NCBI GenBank assembly: GCA_002441095.1
Contig: DJVG01000034.1
Coordinates: forward strand, 61,072 to 125,071
Length of the DNA: 64,000 bases
Direction: 5' to 3'
Source: Elusimicrobia bacterium UBA6262
GTDB taxonomy: Bacteria > CAYTYR01 > UBA6262
In this document: piece by piece, positions 10,384 through 23,004 of the stretch
How positions within the stretch are numbered: the first letter of the stretch is position 1
Layout of the letters: the number at the start of each line of letters is the position of its first letter
Notes under the pieces: model-generated
The model's database searches: none
What the model saw: the letters and a program-made list of their open reading frames with translations, nothing else
Told to the model about the DNA's origin: nothing
Program-made: the position numbers and the translations under genes

Positions 10384-11103
10384 TTATTGATTAGGCTTAA
10401 TACCATGTTCACTAATAAGTTTTTCCGACAACCATAAATCCAGCTCATCATGTATATCAATAAAAGGTAGTTCTTCGTTATTTATAACAACTTCTACGTT
10501 GTTTCCCAGCCGCCGGCCCTGTTTAATGAACTCTGACCTGGTCGCACAAGCTAATCCAGTATCTTCCCTGTATAATGGTTCTCTTTTCTGCCGGGGCCCA
10601 TACTGCAAATCTGGCGCTAAGCGGACCATTTTCCCATCAACTCGGCGCCAGTAGTTTTTGTGGGTTTTAGTCACTACGAAGACCGAATCCAAGTTTGGGT
10701 CAGAGAGGATCTTTTGCACTGTTTCCTGCAGCATATACCTGGACCGGAATATGTCGGTTAATTGCAGAAATACCACTACATCGGCCTTATACTGCTCATT
10801 TTTCTCCAGCCATTCAACGCCGTGTTTAAGCACTGCTTCCGTAGTTGTGTCATCCTGGGCCAATTCAGCCGGCCTAATAAAAGGGATCTCGGCGCCATAA
10901 TTCCTTGCAATCTGAGCTATTTCCTGGTCATCGGTTGAAACGATGACACGATCGATCAAAGCGCATTGTTTAGCAGCTTCGATAGTGTAGGCGATCAGCG
11001 GCTTGCCGGCTAACAGCTTAATATTTTTTCTGGGTAATCCTTTCGACCCGCCCCGGGCCGGGATTATAGCTACTACTTGAAGCTTATTTTTCTCATTTGT
11101 CAT
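10384..11103 (-). CDS. CMP-sugar (acylneuraminate/Kdo-type) cytidylyltransferase
   Basis: VAIIPARGGSKGLPRKNIKLLAGKPLI is the canonical NeuA/PseF/KdsB-family P-loop. Confidence 0.8.
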   Translation of the reverse strand: MTNEKNKLQVVAIIPARGGSKGLPRKNIKLLAGKPLIAYTIEAAKQCALIDRVIVSTDDQEIAQIARNYGAEIPFIRPAELAQDDTTTEAVLKHGVEWLEKNEQYKADVVVFLQLTDIFRSRYMLQETVQKILSDPNLDSVFVVTKTHKNYWRRVDGKMVRLAPDLQYGPRQKREPLYREDTGLACATRSEFIKQGRRLGNNVEVVINNEELPFIDIHDELDLWLSEKLISEHGIKPNQ

Positions 11104-12448
11104 TGTTTTTCCACCAGTCAGAGATCAATTGTTCAGCTACCTGGAAATCGTTTGCTTTACTGACATTAAGCATATGGATCAGCCCTTCGATCTCCAGCAT
11201 TCCTACTTTGGGCCCTAATCTTTCACCTCTGCGGATAAATTCGCTGTAGGTAGCCGTGCACAAGCCCGAAATCCCGATATGCAAAGGGTTTTTGTATTTA
11301 CTCGGGACAAAACCTTCATCCAGCCGTACCAGCTTGCCTTCTTCTTCGCGCCAGCAGGATTTATATTCCGGAATAGCCGGTAAAACACTGTCAAAGCCTT
11401 CTTCTACCAGCATCCTGATGGTTTGATCGATGATATTTTTTGGCCGGAAAGGATAGGTACTGCTTAAGTATACGACCACATCAGGGATGATCGCCTGCTG
11501 CTCTAAAACCTCCACCGTATATTTCAGTATTTCCTCTATTTCAATATAATCCTGTGAAAATTCCGGCGGCCTTTTCAGGCAGATTATTTTCTTATGTTTC
11601 TTGGCCAGATTGATATATTCATCATTATCGCAGGTTAAAACTATCTGCTTTATATAACGGGAAGCCAAAGCCCGTTCAATGGTATAATCCAATAGCGGCC
11701 GTCCGCCTAAACTAGCGATCTCCCCTTTCAACGGGATAACTGCCACACAATTTAGCTTCTCCGGATCAAGATTTTTATTTAGATGTCCATTTTCAAAAGT
11801 TTCCAGTATCCCCACTATTTTGCGGCATCTTTCCTCATCGGAGCTTTGATGTATCCCATGATAGTGGTAGACACTGGCTTCGGGTTCATAGATTATTTTA
11901 TAACCCTGGGTTAAGACCTGCTTCCCCCAAACCCGGTCTTCAATATTTGTAACTTGCTCATCAAACGGTATTTTTTCCCATACTGACCGCTTGATCAAAC
12001 TATTGGCATTATGAAAAAACGGATCCTTGATCTGCACCTTGCGGTCAAGTCCAAAAGTAATAAGCAGGTCCCGTTTATCAAAATCACTGCTATATGATAA
12101 GGGTTCTTGCCGGCCATATACCCCGGCAACATCAGGAGGAATAATACTATTAACAAGGTTAGATAACCATTTGTTATTAGTAGGAATGCAATGCCCGGAA
12201 AGACAGCAAATATATTCCCCTTTTGACTGCTTAATACCGTAATTGATAGCTTTACCTGGCTTAAAATCGTTTAGCGAAACAATATTTACATTATACAGTT
12301 TAGCCTTATCAATAGTCTTATCTGTGCTCTGATTATCAACCAGGATCACTTCGAAATCCTGGAAATCCTGCTTAAAAACAGCTGCCAGGCAGGAAGAGAT
12401 CCATCTTTCTTCATTTTTGGTCCTGATAATAATAGAAACTTTTGGCAT
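11093..12448 (-). CDS. fusion protein: N-terminal GT2 glycosyltransferase plus C-terminal cytidylyltransferase-like domain with a degenerate P-loop
   Basis: N-terminus VSIIIRTKNEER...FEVILVDNQSTD (GT2). The C-terminal half (VAVIPLKGEIASLGGRPLLDYTIERA...) is paralogous to the downstream cytidylyltransferase but lacks RGGSKG..KN. Confidence 0.7.
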   Translation of the reverse strand: MPKVSIIIRTKNEERWISSCLAAVFKQDFQDFEVILVDNQSTDKTIDKAKLYNVNIVSLNDFKPGKAINYGIKQSKGEYICCLSGHCIPTNNKWLSNLVNSIIPPDVAGVYGRQEPLSYSSDFDKRDLLITFGLDRKVQIKDPFFHNANSLIKRSVWEKIPFDEQVTNIEDRVWGKQVLTQGYKIIYEPEASVYHYHGIHQSSDEERCRKIVGILETFENGHLNKNLDPEKLNCVAVIPLKGEIASLGGRPLLDYTIERALASRYIKQIVLTCDNDEYINLAKKHKKIICLKRPPEFSQDYIEIEEILKYTVEVLEQQAIIPDVVVYLSSTYPFRPKNIIDQTIRMLVEEGFDSVLPAIPEYKSCWREEEGKLVRLDEGFVPSKYKNPLHIGISGLCTATYSEFIRRGERLGPKVGMLEIEGLIHMLNVSKANDFQVAEQLISDWWKNNDK

Positions 12449-12464
12449 AACCTACCTCTATTGG

Positions 12465-13388
12465 CTAACGGTTAGATATGATTTTCGATATTGCTTCCAA
12501 CTGTTTAGCTAGTATGGCAAAATCCTTAAAATTAAGCGCCTGTAAAGGGTCAACCCAGGCTTTTTCAGGGTTCGGGTGAACCTCGATCAATAATCCATTG
12601 GCCCCAGCGGCAATAGCCGCCCGGGAAATAGCCGCGACATAGGCCCGTTTGAAGGTGGCGTGACTGGGATCCACAAAGACTGGGACCGAAGGTGCATATT
12701 CCTTGAGCGCGGGAATCGCCTGGATATCGATAATGGCCCTGGATTCAACATTATGGGTATGAGGCGCCACTATTCCCCGTTCACAAAAGACGAAATTATG
12801 CTTTCCCCTGGCTTCAAAATGTTCCCCTACCCCCAGCAGGGAGCGCAGGCTTTCTCCATAGTGACGCTTGATCATCACTGGCTTATCTGTAGTACACAAA
12901 GCCTCGATCAGGTCCATATTAAACATATGCCGGTACCCGATCTGGAACATATCAACATATTTGGACATTATGGGCAATGAGTCAGCATAGACGATCTCTG
13001 AAATGATTGGTAACCCGTATTTTTCCCCGGCTTCTTTGAAATAGGCAAAACGTTTCTCCGCCCTTTGGAACAGTTCATTCTTGGGCATTATTTCCTTGCG
13101 TTCCTTGCTTTTTTCATTAGTATCCGAGTCAGCCACGCCAATAGGATCGCCATAAGGGAAAGTCAGCGGCTTAAAAATACCGCCGCGCAGCATGGTAGCC
13201 CCGGCCTCTTTTACCGCCTTAGCCACCTCGAATATTTGCGTCTTGCTTTCTACCGTGCAGGGGCCGGCCATCAGGACGATCTTATCTCCGCCCAGGTCAA
13301 TATCCTTAACTTTAATTTCCCGCCGGTAGTCTTTTCTGCTTACCAACGGGATATTATTCTGTAAATCATTTTGTGAAATATCTTTCAT
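12465..13388 (-). CDS. DAHP synthase / Kdo8P synthase family (type I-beta) PEP-aldolase, DAHPS-like
   Basis: [16 protein letters not shown] and EVHPNPEKA motifs of the I-beta family. The loop reads KPLTFPY rather than the DAHPS KPRTSPY. Confidence 0.7.
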   Translation of the reverse strand: MKDISQNDLQNNIPLVSRKDYRREIKVKDIDLGGDKIVLMAGPCTVESKTQIFEVAKAVKEAGATMLRGGIFKPLTFPYGDPIGVADSDTNEKSKERKEIMPKNELFQRAEKRFAYFKEAGEKYGLPIISEIVYADSLPIMSKYVDMFQIGYRHMFNMDLIEALCTTDKPVMIKRHYGESLRSLLGVGEHFEARGKHNFVFCERGIVAPHTHNVESRAIIDIQAIPALKEYAPSVPVFVDPSHATFKRAYVAAISRAAIAAGANGLLIEVHPNPEKAWVDPLQALNFKDFAILAKQLEAISKIISNR

Positions 13389-13397
13389 CTCTGCTCC

Positions 13398-14186
13398 TTA
13401 TGGTTTTTTTATCCAATTATGCTGCGGATCTTCGGCCCCGACCAGTTTTTTACCCTCTCCCGAAAGGAAAAAAAGATAATGCAGGTTATATCCCGGCCCG
13501 GCGGCGATCTGGTGATAACCCCAAGGCATAAAAGTGATTGAATTCTGCTCCAGGAATATCAATTCATTAATACCTCTTTCCGGTGAATAAAAACGTTCCA
13601 AACCCCAGCCCTGCGGCTTATCAGTACTAAAATAATATAATTCCTCGTGTAAGGATTCCTGCGGCAAGTTACTAACCTCATGCCTGTGAGGCGGAGTCCC
13701 GGACCAGTTCCCGGGAAAATTAATGGTCTCACCCACTAACATATTGACTGCCGGCGATTCAGGACCGATGATCATTCTCACTTCGCGCGACCAGTTATCC
13801 TTGCCCACGATAATCGGTTTTATTTTATCCGGGGTAAAGATGGCAGTTTCAGTCTGGACTTGGCAGTGTGACCGGCAAACCGCGACTAAAGCCTGTTTTC
13901 CCTTCAATATGAATGCAGTTTGCGCAGGGATGTATATCCCGGTCGGCAACCCGCTGAACACATCCTTACGCTGGCCAAGATCCGCATATTCCTTGCCCTT
14001 TATGCTTAGGGAACATGATCCTGCCAGGACCACCAGCCCGGTCTCAGCATCTTCCTCCTTAAACTCCAGTTCTTGCGCAGTAGTTATGTTAACTATTGCG
14101 AATCCTTTGATATATTTAAATAGCCCCCCCGGATCAACCTCATTAAGGCCCGGTTTTAGGGTCAACCGCTGATCAAATTTTCCCAT
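13398..14186 (-). CDS. IolB/KduI-family cupin ketol-isomerase
   Basis: 262 aa; NWSGTPPHRHE...ESLHEELYYF resembles 5-deoxy-glucuronate isomerase (IolB). Confidence 0.55.
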   Translation of the reverse strand: MGKFDQRLTLKPGLNEVDPGGLFKYIKGFAIVNITTAQELEFKEEDAETGLVVLAGSCSLSIKGKEYADLGQRKDVFSGLPTGIYIPAQTAFILKGKQALVAVCRSHCQVQTETAIFTPDKIKPIIVGKDNWSREVRMIIGPESPAVNMLVGETINFPGNWSGTPPHRHEVSNLPQESLHEELYYFSTDKPQGWGLERFYSPERGINELIFLEQNSITFMPWGYHQIAAGPGYNLHYLFFLSGEGKKLVGAEDPQHNWIKKP

Positions 14187-14187
14187 A

Positions 14188-16977
<2,790 letters not shown>

Positions 16978-17083
16978 AAATTACTCCTGGAGAAAAAATG
17001 CATATTTTTTATTTTCTCATAATACTTATTAGAAGTCAATATAATATCAATGTACACCCAAGGTGCTTCCAAGTAAACAGCTA

Positions 17084-18010
17084 TTAATGTTTCGTAAACC
17101 ATTGAATGGTTTTCTTTAAACCTTCCTTTACCGGGACTTGAGGCTCCCACTGCAATAATTTTTTAGCCAGGGCAATATCCGGCTGACGGACCTTGGGATC
17201 ATCCACCGGCAGGTCTTTGAAGACGATCTGGCTTTTGGTTTTGGTCATTTTCTTGATGATCCTGGCAAATTCCAGCACTGTCATCTCTTCCTGGTTGCCG
17301 ATATTGATCGGCTCATGGGTATTACTGAGTACTAACCGGTATATTCCCTCTGCCAGGTCGCTGACATAGCAGAAACTGCGGGTCTGCGAGCCGTCCCCGA
17401 ACACGGTTAAAGGTTCACCTTTTAACGCCTGGTCAATAAAACTCGGCACTACCCGGCCGTCATTTTTGCGCATGCGCGGGCCGAAAGTATTGAATATCCG
17501 CACTATTTTCACATCTACCCCGTGGAACCGATGATACGCCATGGTCAGAGCTTCAGCAAAACGCTTGGCTTCATCATATACACCGCGCGGGCCGATAGGA
17601 TTGACATTCCCCCAGTAGGTCTCTTTCTGCGGATGCACCAGCGGGTCACCGTATACCTCCGAGGTTGAAGCCAGCAGGAAGATGGCTTTCTTTTCTTTTG
17701 CCAGGCCCAGGGCTTTATGCGTGCCTAATGATCCGACTTTCAGGGTTTGTATGGGAAAATTCAGATAATCTATGGGACTGGCCGGCGAAGCAAAATGGAG
17801 TATGGCATCCAGCTTACCCGGCACAAATATGAATTCAGTCACATCATGATGGATGAACCGGAATTTCTTGTTCCCGATCAAATGGGCGATATTTTCCATA
17901 TTGCCGGTGAGCAGATTATCCATGGCGATAACAGTATGTCCTTTTTTAACGAATAGATCGCACAAATGAGAGCCCAGGAAACCCGCTCCGCCAGTGATCA
18001 AAACTTTCAT
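17084..18010 (-). CDS. uxs: UDP-glucuronate decarboxylase (UDP-xylose synthase)
   Basis: Near-collinear with UXS1: [24 protein letters not shown]...[10 protein letters not shown]. Confidence 0.85.
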   Translation of the reverse strand: MKVLITGGAGFLGSHLCDLFVKKGHTVIAMDNLLTGNMENIAHLIGNKKFRFIHHDVTEFIFVPGKLDAILHFASPASPIDYLNFPIQTLKVGSLGTHKALGLAKEKKAIFLLASTSEVYGDPLVHPQKETYWGNVNPIGPRGVYDEAKRFAEALTMAYHRFHGVDVKIVRIFNTFGPRMRKNDGRVVPSFIDQALKGEPLTVFGDGSQTRSFCYVSDLAEGIYRLVLSNTHEPINIGNQEEMTVLEFARIIKKMTKTKSQIVFKDLPVDDPKVRQPDIALAKKLLQWEPQVPVKEGLKKTIQWFTKH

Positions 18011-18030
18011 CCCGTCAGACCTCCTCTTAT

Positions 18031-19323
18031 TTATTTTCGGCCGATACTTTTGTATATAAAACCATGCTTTTTCATTTTAGCCGGATCATAGATATTGCGG
18101 CCATCAACGATAGCCGGAGTTTTCAACAGTTTTTTGATCCGGCCGAGATCCAGTTCTTTAAATTCATTCCAATCAGTAATTATTACCAGCAGGTCACTGC
18201 CTCTGGCTACTTCATAAGCATTCCGGCCATATTTTACTCCGGTCAGGATCTTCCGGGCTTTGGCCATAGCGATAGGATCGTAAGCCTTGATCTTAGCTCC
18301 CTCAGACTGCAGCGATTTAATAATATCAATAGCCGGGGCAAAACGCAGGTCATCGGTTTCCGGCTTAAAAGCCAGGCCCAGGATACCGATAGTCTTGTTT
18401 TTTAACACCCACAGCGACTCTTCAATTTTTTGCAGTAAAAGCTTTTTTTGCTGTTCGTTTATCTTCTGTACGGCTTTTAATAATTCAAAATCATAGCCGC
18501 TTTTTTTAGCAATATAAATAAAGGCCGCCAGGTCCTTGGGAAAACATGAACCACCAAAGCCAACCCCGGCATTCAAGAATTCTCGGCCGATCCTTTTGTC
18601 ATAACCCATGCCTTCCGCCACTTTTTCTACATCCGCTCCCACCCGGTCACAGATATTGGCGACCGCATTAGCAAAGGATATTTTCGTAGCCAAGAAAGAA
18701 TTGGAAGCATGCTTGATTATCTCTGAGCTTTTAATATCCGTGACAATGACCGGCGCTTTCAGCGGACGATAAAGCTCCCGCATGATCTTTTCCGCCCTCT
18801 TACTCGATACGCCCAGCACTATCCGGTCAGGATGCATGGTATCTTTGATGGCCGATCCCTCTCTCAGGAATTCCGGGTTGGATACCACATCAAAATCAGT
18901 TTTATGGGTATTATATAATTTAATGGTTTGCATTATTCTTTCGCCGGTTTCCACGGGTACGGTACTTTTTTCCACGATAATTTTATATTCCCGCATATGC
19001 ACGGCAATTTCTGCCGTCACTGTTTCCACAAAAGACAGGTCAGCTTCGCCATCCTGTTTAGGGGGAGTGTTGACTGAAATAAATATGATCTGGCTCTGTT
19101 CCACGCCTTCCTTGATCTTAGTTGTAAATTTAAGCCTTTTCTCTCTTGTATTTTTAACCACCAGCTCAGCCAGGCCTGGCTCATAGATAGGCATTTTGCC
19201 CCTCTTAAGCATGTTGATCTTTTCCTGGTTGTTATCAACACAGATCACCTGATTGCCCAGATCCGCCAGGCAGGTCCCGGTGACCAATCCTACATAACCT
19301 GTGCCGATTACGCAAATCCTCAT
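18031..19323 (-). CDS. ugd: UDP-glucose 6-dehydrogenase
   Basis: [16 protein letters not shown]...GGSCFPKD catalytic Cys motif. Confidence 0.9.
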   Translation of the reverse strand: MRICVIGTGYVGLVTGTCLADLGNQVICVDNNQEKINMLKRGKMPIYEPGLAELVVKNTREKRLKFTTKIKEGVEQSQIIFISVNTPPKQDGEADLSFVETVTAEIAVHMREYKIIVEKSTVPVETGERIMQTIKLYNTHKTDFDVVSNPEFLREGSAIKDTMHPDRIVLGVSSKRAEKIMRELYRPLKAPVIVTDIKSSEIIKHASNSFLATKISFANAVANICDRVGADVEKVAEGMGYDKRIGREFLNAGVGFGGSCFPKDLAAFIYIAKKSGYDFELLKAVQKINEQQKKLLLQKIEESLWVLKNKTIGILGLAFKPETDDLRFAPAIDIIKSLQSEGAKIKAYDPIAMAKARKILTGVKYGRNAYEVARGSDLLVIITDWNEFKELDLGRIKKLLKTPAIVDGRNIYDPAKMKKHGFIYKSIGRK

Positions 19324-19361
19324 GTTTGCTCCTTTAATTTAATAAGCTATCCTGCCGCTGC

Positions 19362-20135
19362 CTATTTCCATACCTTCCAGGGAGCCTGGCCCGACTGCCA
19401 GAGCTGTTCCAGTTCATTTTTATCCCTGAGGGTATCAGTAGGACGCCAGAATCCATTATGCCGGTATGCTGCTAACTGTCCTTCTTGAGCGAGCTTGGCC
19501 ATTGGTTCTTTCTCCCAGGCTGTGCCATCACCTTCAATATATTTGAATACTTCCGGCTGCAGGACAAAGTATCCGGCAGTGATCCAGGCATTATCGCCTT
19601 TGGGTTTTTCCAGGAAGGAAGCTACCTTATCCTCTCCTCCTATATCCATAGTGCCAAACCGTCCCAGAGGCTGTACTGCGGTCACTGTAGCCAGTGTTTT
19701 ATGCTCCTGGTGAAATTTTACCAGCGCCGCAATATCGATATTGCCTATCCCATTGCCATAGGACATCATGAACGGGTTATTGCCGATATATTTCTCTATC
19801 TTTTTCAAGCGCCCGCCAGTCATAGTTTCCGGACCGGTATCCACCATGGTTACCTTCCAAGGCTCAGAAGCGCCGGTATGAATGCTCATGCTGTTCTTGG
19901 CCAGGTCAAAGGTGACATCGCTCAGGTGCAAGAAATAATGGGAAAAAAATTCCTTTACCGCATAGCCATGATTTCCCAGGCAGATCACAAACTCATTGAA
20001 TCCAAAATGGGAATATGTTTTCATGATGTGCCATAATACCGGCTTGCCGTCGATCTCGATCATCGGTTTAGGTATGGTTTGTGTTTCCTCGCTTATCCTG
20101 ATTCCTTGGCCGCCTGCTAAAATCACTACTTTCAT
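19362..20135 (-). CDS. rfbF: glucose-1-phosphate cytidylyltransferase
   Basis: MKVVILAGGQGIRISEET..IPKPMIEI and a C-terminal WKVW typical of RfbF/DdhA. Confidence 0.85.
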   Translation of the reverse strand: MKVVILAGGQGIRISEETQTIPKPMIEIDGKPVLWHIMKTYSHFGFNEFVICLGNHGYAVKEFFSHYFLHLSDVTFDLAKNSMSIHTGASEPWKVTMVDTGPETMTGGRLKKIEKYIGNNPFMMSYGNGIGNIDIAALVKFHQEHKTLATVTAVQPLGRFGTMDIGGEDKVASFLEKPKGDNAWITAGYFVLQPEVFKYIEGDGTAWEKEPMAKLAQEGQLAAYRHNGFWRPTDTLRDKNELEQLWQSGQAPWKVWK

Positions 20136-20149
20136 CCTGCTCCGCCTCC

Positions 20150-21115
20150 TTAAAGCTCTTTATCCAATATCGCTTTGAAATTCCTGGCTGTAAAATCAAG
20201 GATGACTTTGTTACCCTGTACCGATACAGTATGGTTATAAACCAGTTGGGAATAAGCATACTTTCGCTTGATCACTTCACCCAGGAACTGGGCATCATTC
20301 TGCATTAACTTTACCTTTGCCGGATCACTGCATTTAAAGAAGAGCTTCCCCTTGACCTCATCATCAGTCACCAGGCTGAAGGTCAGTAATAATGATTCCA
20401 GCCACTGGCCAGACAGCAGTACTACCATCTTATTATCAGTTTCCCATTTTTTCAATTCTTGCGAAAACCGGCGGCTCTGGTTGTTTATAAATATATAACC
20501 TTCATAGCCTTTGGGTATCGCGCTTGACAACTCTTTAAAAGCCGCCGTCTGTACAACATTGCTGCCGGTTCGTGCTGCTGCCAGGCAGGTGGAAACAAGT
20601 CCGCTATTACTGGCGAGTATGACCCGCCCTTCCTGTACAGAAAAAGCCGTCAGGCGGTCATTGCGCTCAGCTTCGCTGTCAAAATATATCTCCTGCTGGT
20701 TGCTTTCCTTCTTGCTCCAGCCAGGATTAATACTGACGAAATTCCCTAAATTATCGATCAGGAACTTATTAAATCTTTCCTTTTCCCCTTCCAGGTCAGG
20801 GAACACCACTAATATATTTTTCCAGCCTGCCTCAGCCGGGAAGCTCCCTCCGGCAACCTGTTTAAAAGTGAATTGCTTGAACAAGTATGACAGCAGCAGG
20901 TAATTTGGGTCATCCTGATGCTGCGCTATTTTCCCCTGGTAAGTCTTGATCAGTGAGCGCCAGGCGCTGCTGGTGTTCAGGTTCTTTAAGCTGAACACTA
21001 CTTCCGCATTCTTGGGCAAATAATTGACCAGCTCCGCGGCCAGTCCGGCAGCAGCGCTAAATAAGCAATATAAAACTAATAACCAGACGCTCTTTTTCAT
21101 TGTATTTGCCGCCAT
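20150..21115 (-). CDS. hypothetical secreted protein
   Basis: Signal peptide MKKSVWLLVLYCLFSAAAGLAAE; no recognisable domain. Confidence 0.45.
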   Translation of the reverse strand: MAANTMKKSVWLLVLYCLFSAAAGLAAELVNYLPKNAEVVFSLKNLNTSSAWRSLIKTYQGKIAQHQDDPNYLLLSYLFKQFTFKQVAGGSFPAEAGWKNILVVFPDLEGEKERFNKFLIDNLGNFVSINPGWSKKESNQQEIYFDSEAERNDRLTAFSVQEGRVILASNSGLVSTCLAAARTGSNVVQTAAFKELSSAIPKGYEGYIFINNQSRRFSQELKKWETDNKMVVLLSGQWLESLLLTFSLVTDDEVKGKLFFKCSDPAKVKLMQNDAQFLGEVIKRKYAYSQLVYNHTVSVQGNKVILDFTARNFKAILDKEL

Positions 21116-21996
21116 ATATTATGCAAATCCTTTACCTGGTAATTGATCTCTACGAAATTAGCCAATGAACTTACTTCTCCTTCATAAGCCAAGCCCTCCC
21201 CCAGGAGCAACCTCATCAGCAGGTTATTCAGGAAAAAAGCATCCAGGCTTATTTTATCGACATCAGCAATGTACCTGGCAGTAAATGACATCTTTCCTCT
21301 GACCTGGTCGGCGCTGACCAAATTGCCGTTTACCTGGACATATTCGACTGAATCAATGGCCGGGAAAAAAGCAAAACTGTTCTTCTGCTCAAAATACTTG
21401 ATCAGAACGCTTAACTCCCTTTGCCTGTTAGGAATATAGATATTCAGTTCTTCCCTGGCATACGGTTTAAAAATAGCCCTCAAACCGGCTAGCTCAATTG
21501 CCGGCAATGATTCCTGATGAATATTGGCCGCATTCAGGATCATCAGGTTGTTCATTATTTTGAATTGCTTATCCTCTCCGCAGTTAAAACCCCGGGCAGA
21601 AGCTATTTTACAGCCGAGATTAACTAACCGCGTCTTTTTGCCAAGATCAATAATAATATCATAATCAGGCTGTTTGTTTAAACGCGCATAATCCTGGTCA
21701 TACTTCAGGCTGAATAAAATATCCCTGGGCAGTATGGAAATTACTAATTTTTTTACCAGGGCATTATTTAATTGGGGATTAACCGCGGTCATTTTTTGCC
21801 AGAACACATCGAAAAGCTGGGCCGGCCCCGGCTGCTGCCAATCAATGCTCAGCTGGCCGTAAGCCAGGGAATTACCCGGCAAAAACATGAATTTATCTAC
21901 CTGCTTTTGCGGCCAGTTATACCAGACCAAAGCTACTAATAAGAAGCTGGCTGATACAATGCTGATAAAAAAGAAAAGTTTTCTGATGATTTTCAT
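21097..21996 (-). CDS. hypothetical membrane-anchored protein
   Basis: N-terminal TM FFFISIVSASFLLVALVWY; overlaps the downstream ORF by 19 nt. Confidence 0.45.
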   Translation of the reverse strand: MKIIRKLFFFISIVSASFLLVALVWYNWPQKQVDKFMFLPGNSLAYGQLSIDWQQPGPAQLFDVFWQKMTAVNPQLNNALVKKLVISILPRDILFSLKYDQDYARLNKQPDYDIIIDLGKKTRLVNLGCKIASARGFNCGEDKQFKIMNNLMILNAANIHQESLPAIELAGLRAIFKPYAREELNIYIPNRQRELSVLIKYFEQKNSFAFFPAIDSVEYVQVNGNLVSADQVRGKMSFTARYIADVDKISLDAFFLNNLLMRLLLGEGLAYEGEVSSLANFVEINYQVKDLHNIWRQIQ

Positions 21997-22880
21997 TATC
22001 CTAAATACCTTTTAAGCGCATCCTGCCAGGTAGGCAGTACAGGCAAATTGTGTAATTTCCAGTTAAAATTATCCAATACCGAGTTTCCGGGTCGCGGAGC
22101 CGGCCGGTTTATCTGTTGGGTACTGACCGGCGCTATATTATCTTTGGCTCCGCTTTGTCTTACTATTTCCCTGGCAAAATCAAACCAGGAACAGGACCCG
22201 CTGTTAGTGATATGCCAAATACCATACAAGCCAGTTGATAGTTGATTGTTGATAGTTAATAGCTGCTTGATAGCTTCGGCCAGATCATCTGTATAGGTTG
22301 GAGAACCAAATTGGTCATTGATTACTTTTAGCTCATGTTTATTCTGTATTTGCGATTGGATTGCCGTCACAAAGTTTTGGCCATGCCGGCCAAAGAGCCA
22401 GCTGGAGCGGATAATCATAAACCTGTTGACCAGCCATTGGGTATATAATTCCCCCCAATATTTACTTTTAGCGTAGGTGCCCAGGGGTTCTGGCTGGTCT
22501 ATTTCCAGGTAAGGTTCTTTTTTCTGCCCGTTAAATACATAATCAGTGCTGATGTAAATCAAAGCTGAATCAAACCGCTGGCAGGCTAAGGCTACATTCC
22601 TGGTACCCAGGGAATTGACCTGGTATGCTTGTTCCTGGGAGCTTTCCGCCCCATCTACATTGGTGTAAGCAGCCGCGTGTATTACTAATTCAGGATTAAT
22701 TTTGGTAATAATTTCATAGGTTGCTTTAGCCTCGGTAATATCTATCAGCTGATATTTAGCACTCGGCATTTCTATGGTTGGCTTCCTGTTATCCAACCCA
22801 TAAAGCTCATGTTCTCCTGCCAGTGCCTGCATTAAATCAGTTCCCAACATGCCACTGGCCCCGGTTATCGCGATCCTCAT
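21996..22880 (-). CDS. rfbD: dTDP-4-dehydrorhamnose reductase
   Basis: MRIAITGASGMLG... RmlD-type SDR of 294 aa. Confidence 0.8.
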   Translation of the reverse strand: MRIAITGASGMLGTDLMQALAGEHELYGLDNRKPTIEMPSAKYQLIDITEAKATYEIITKINPELVIHAAAYTNVDGAESSQEQAYQVNSLGTRNVALACQRFDSALIYISTDYVFNGQKKEPYLEIDQPEPLGTYAKSKYWGELYTQWLVNRFMIIRSSWLFGRHGQNFVTAIQSQIQNKHELKVINDQFGSPTYTDDLAEAIKQLLTINNQLSTGLYGIWHITNSGSCSWFDFAREIVRQSGAKDNIAPVSTQQINRPAPRPGNSVLDNFNWKLHNLPVLPTWQDALKRYLG

Positions 22881-23004
22881 AACTACTCCTAAGAGAAAAA
22901 TAAGTCCTATCTTTAAAAGCAGTTTTAAGTTTAAAGTTGAAAGTGTTAAGTTTCGGTAATATTATTGATATAATAACCTTAACTTAAAACTTTACACTTT
23001 TAAC
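22881..23004. repeat. family-D AT-rich palindromic element (AAGTTTAAAGT / ACTTTAAACTT-like arms)
   Basis: aagtttaaagttgaaagtgttaagttt...cttaacttaaaactttacacttttaacttataactt between rfbD and rfbB. Confidence 0.6.

Noticed and set aside
12465-13388. Calling this simply aroG for the adjacent tryptophan pathway
   Set aside because: The gene is 20 kb and about 20 genes away from trpE, embedded between CMP-sugar synthetases and sugar isomerases, and has KPL instead of KPR. A housekeeping role cannot be excluded without the rest of the genome, so it is called at family level only.
19485-20036. 183-aa plus-strand ORF
   Set aside because: It is entirely antisense to rfbF (glucose-1-phosphate cytidylyltransferase), which has strong full-length similarity to characterised enzymes. 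The plus ORF has no motif and a low-complexity composition.
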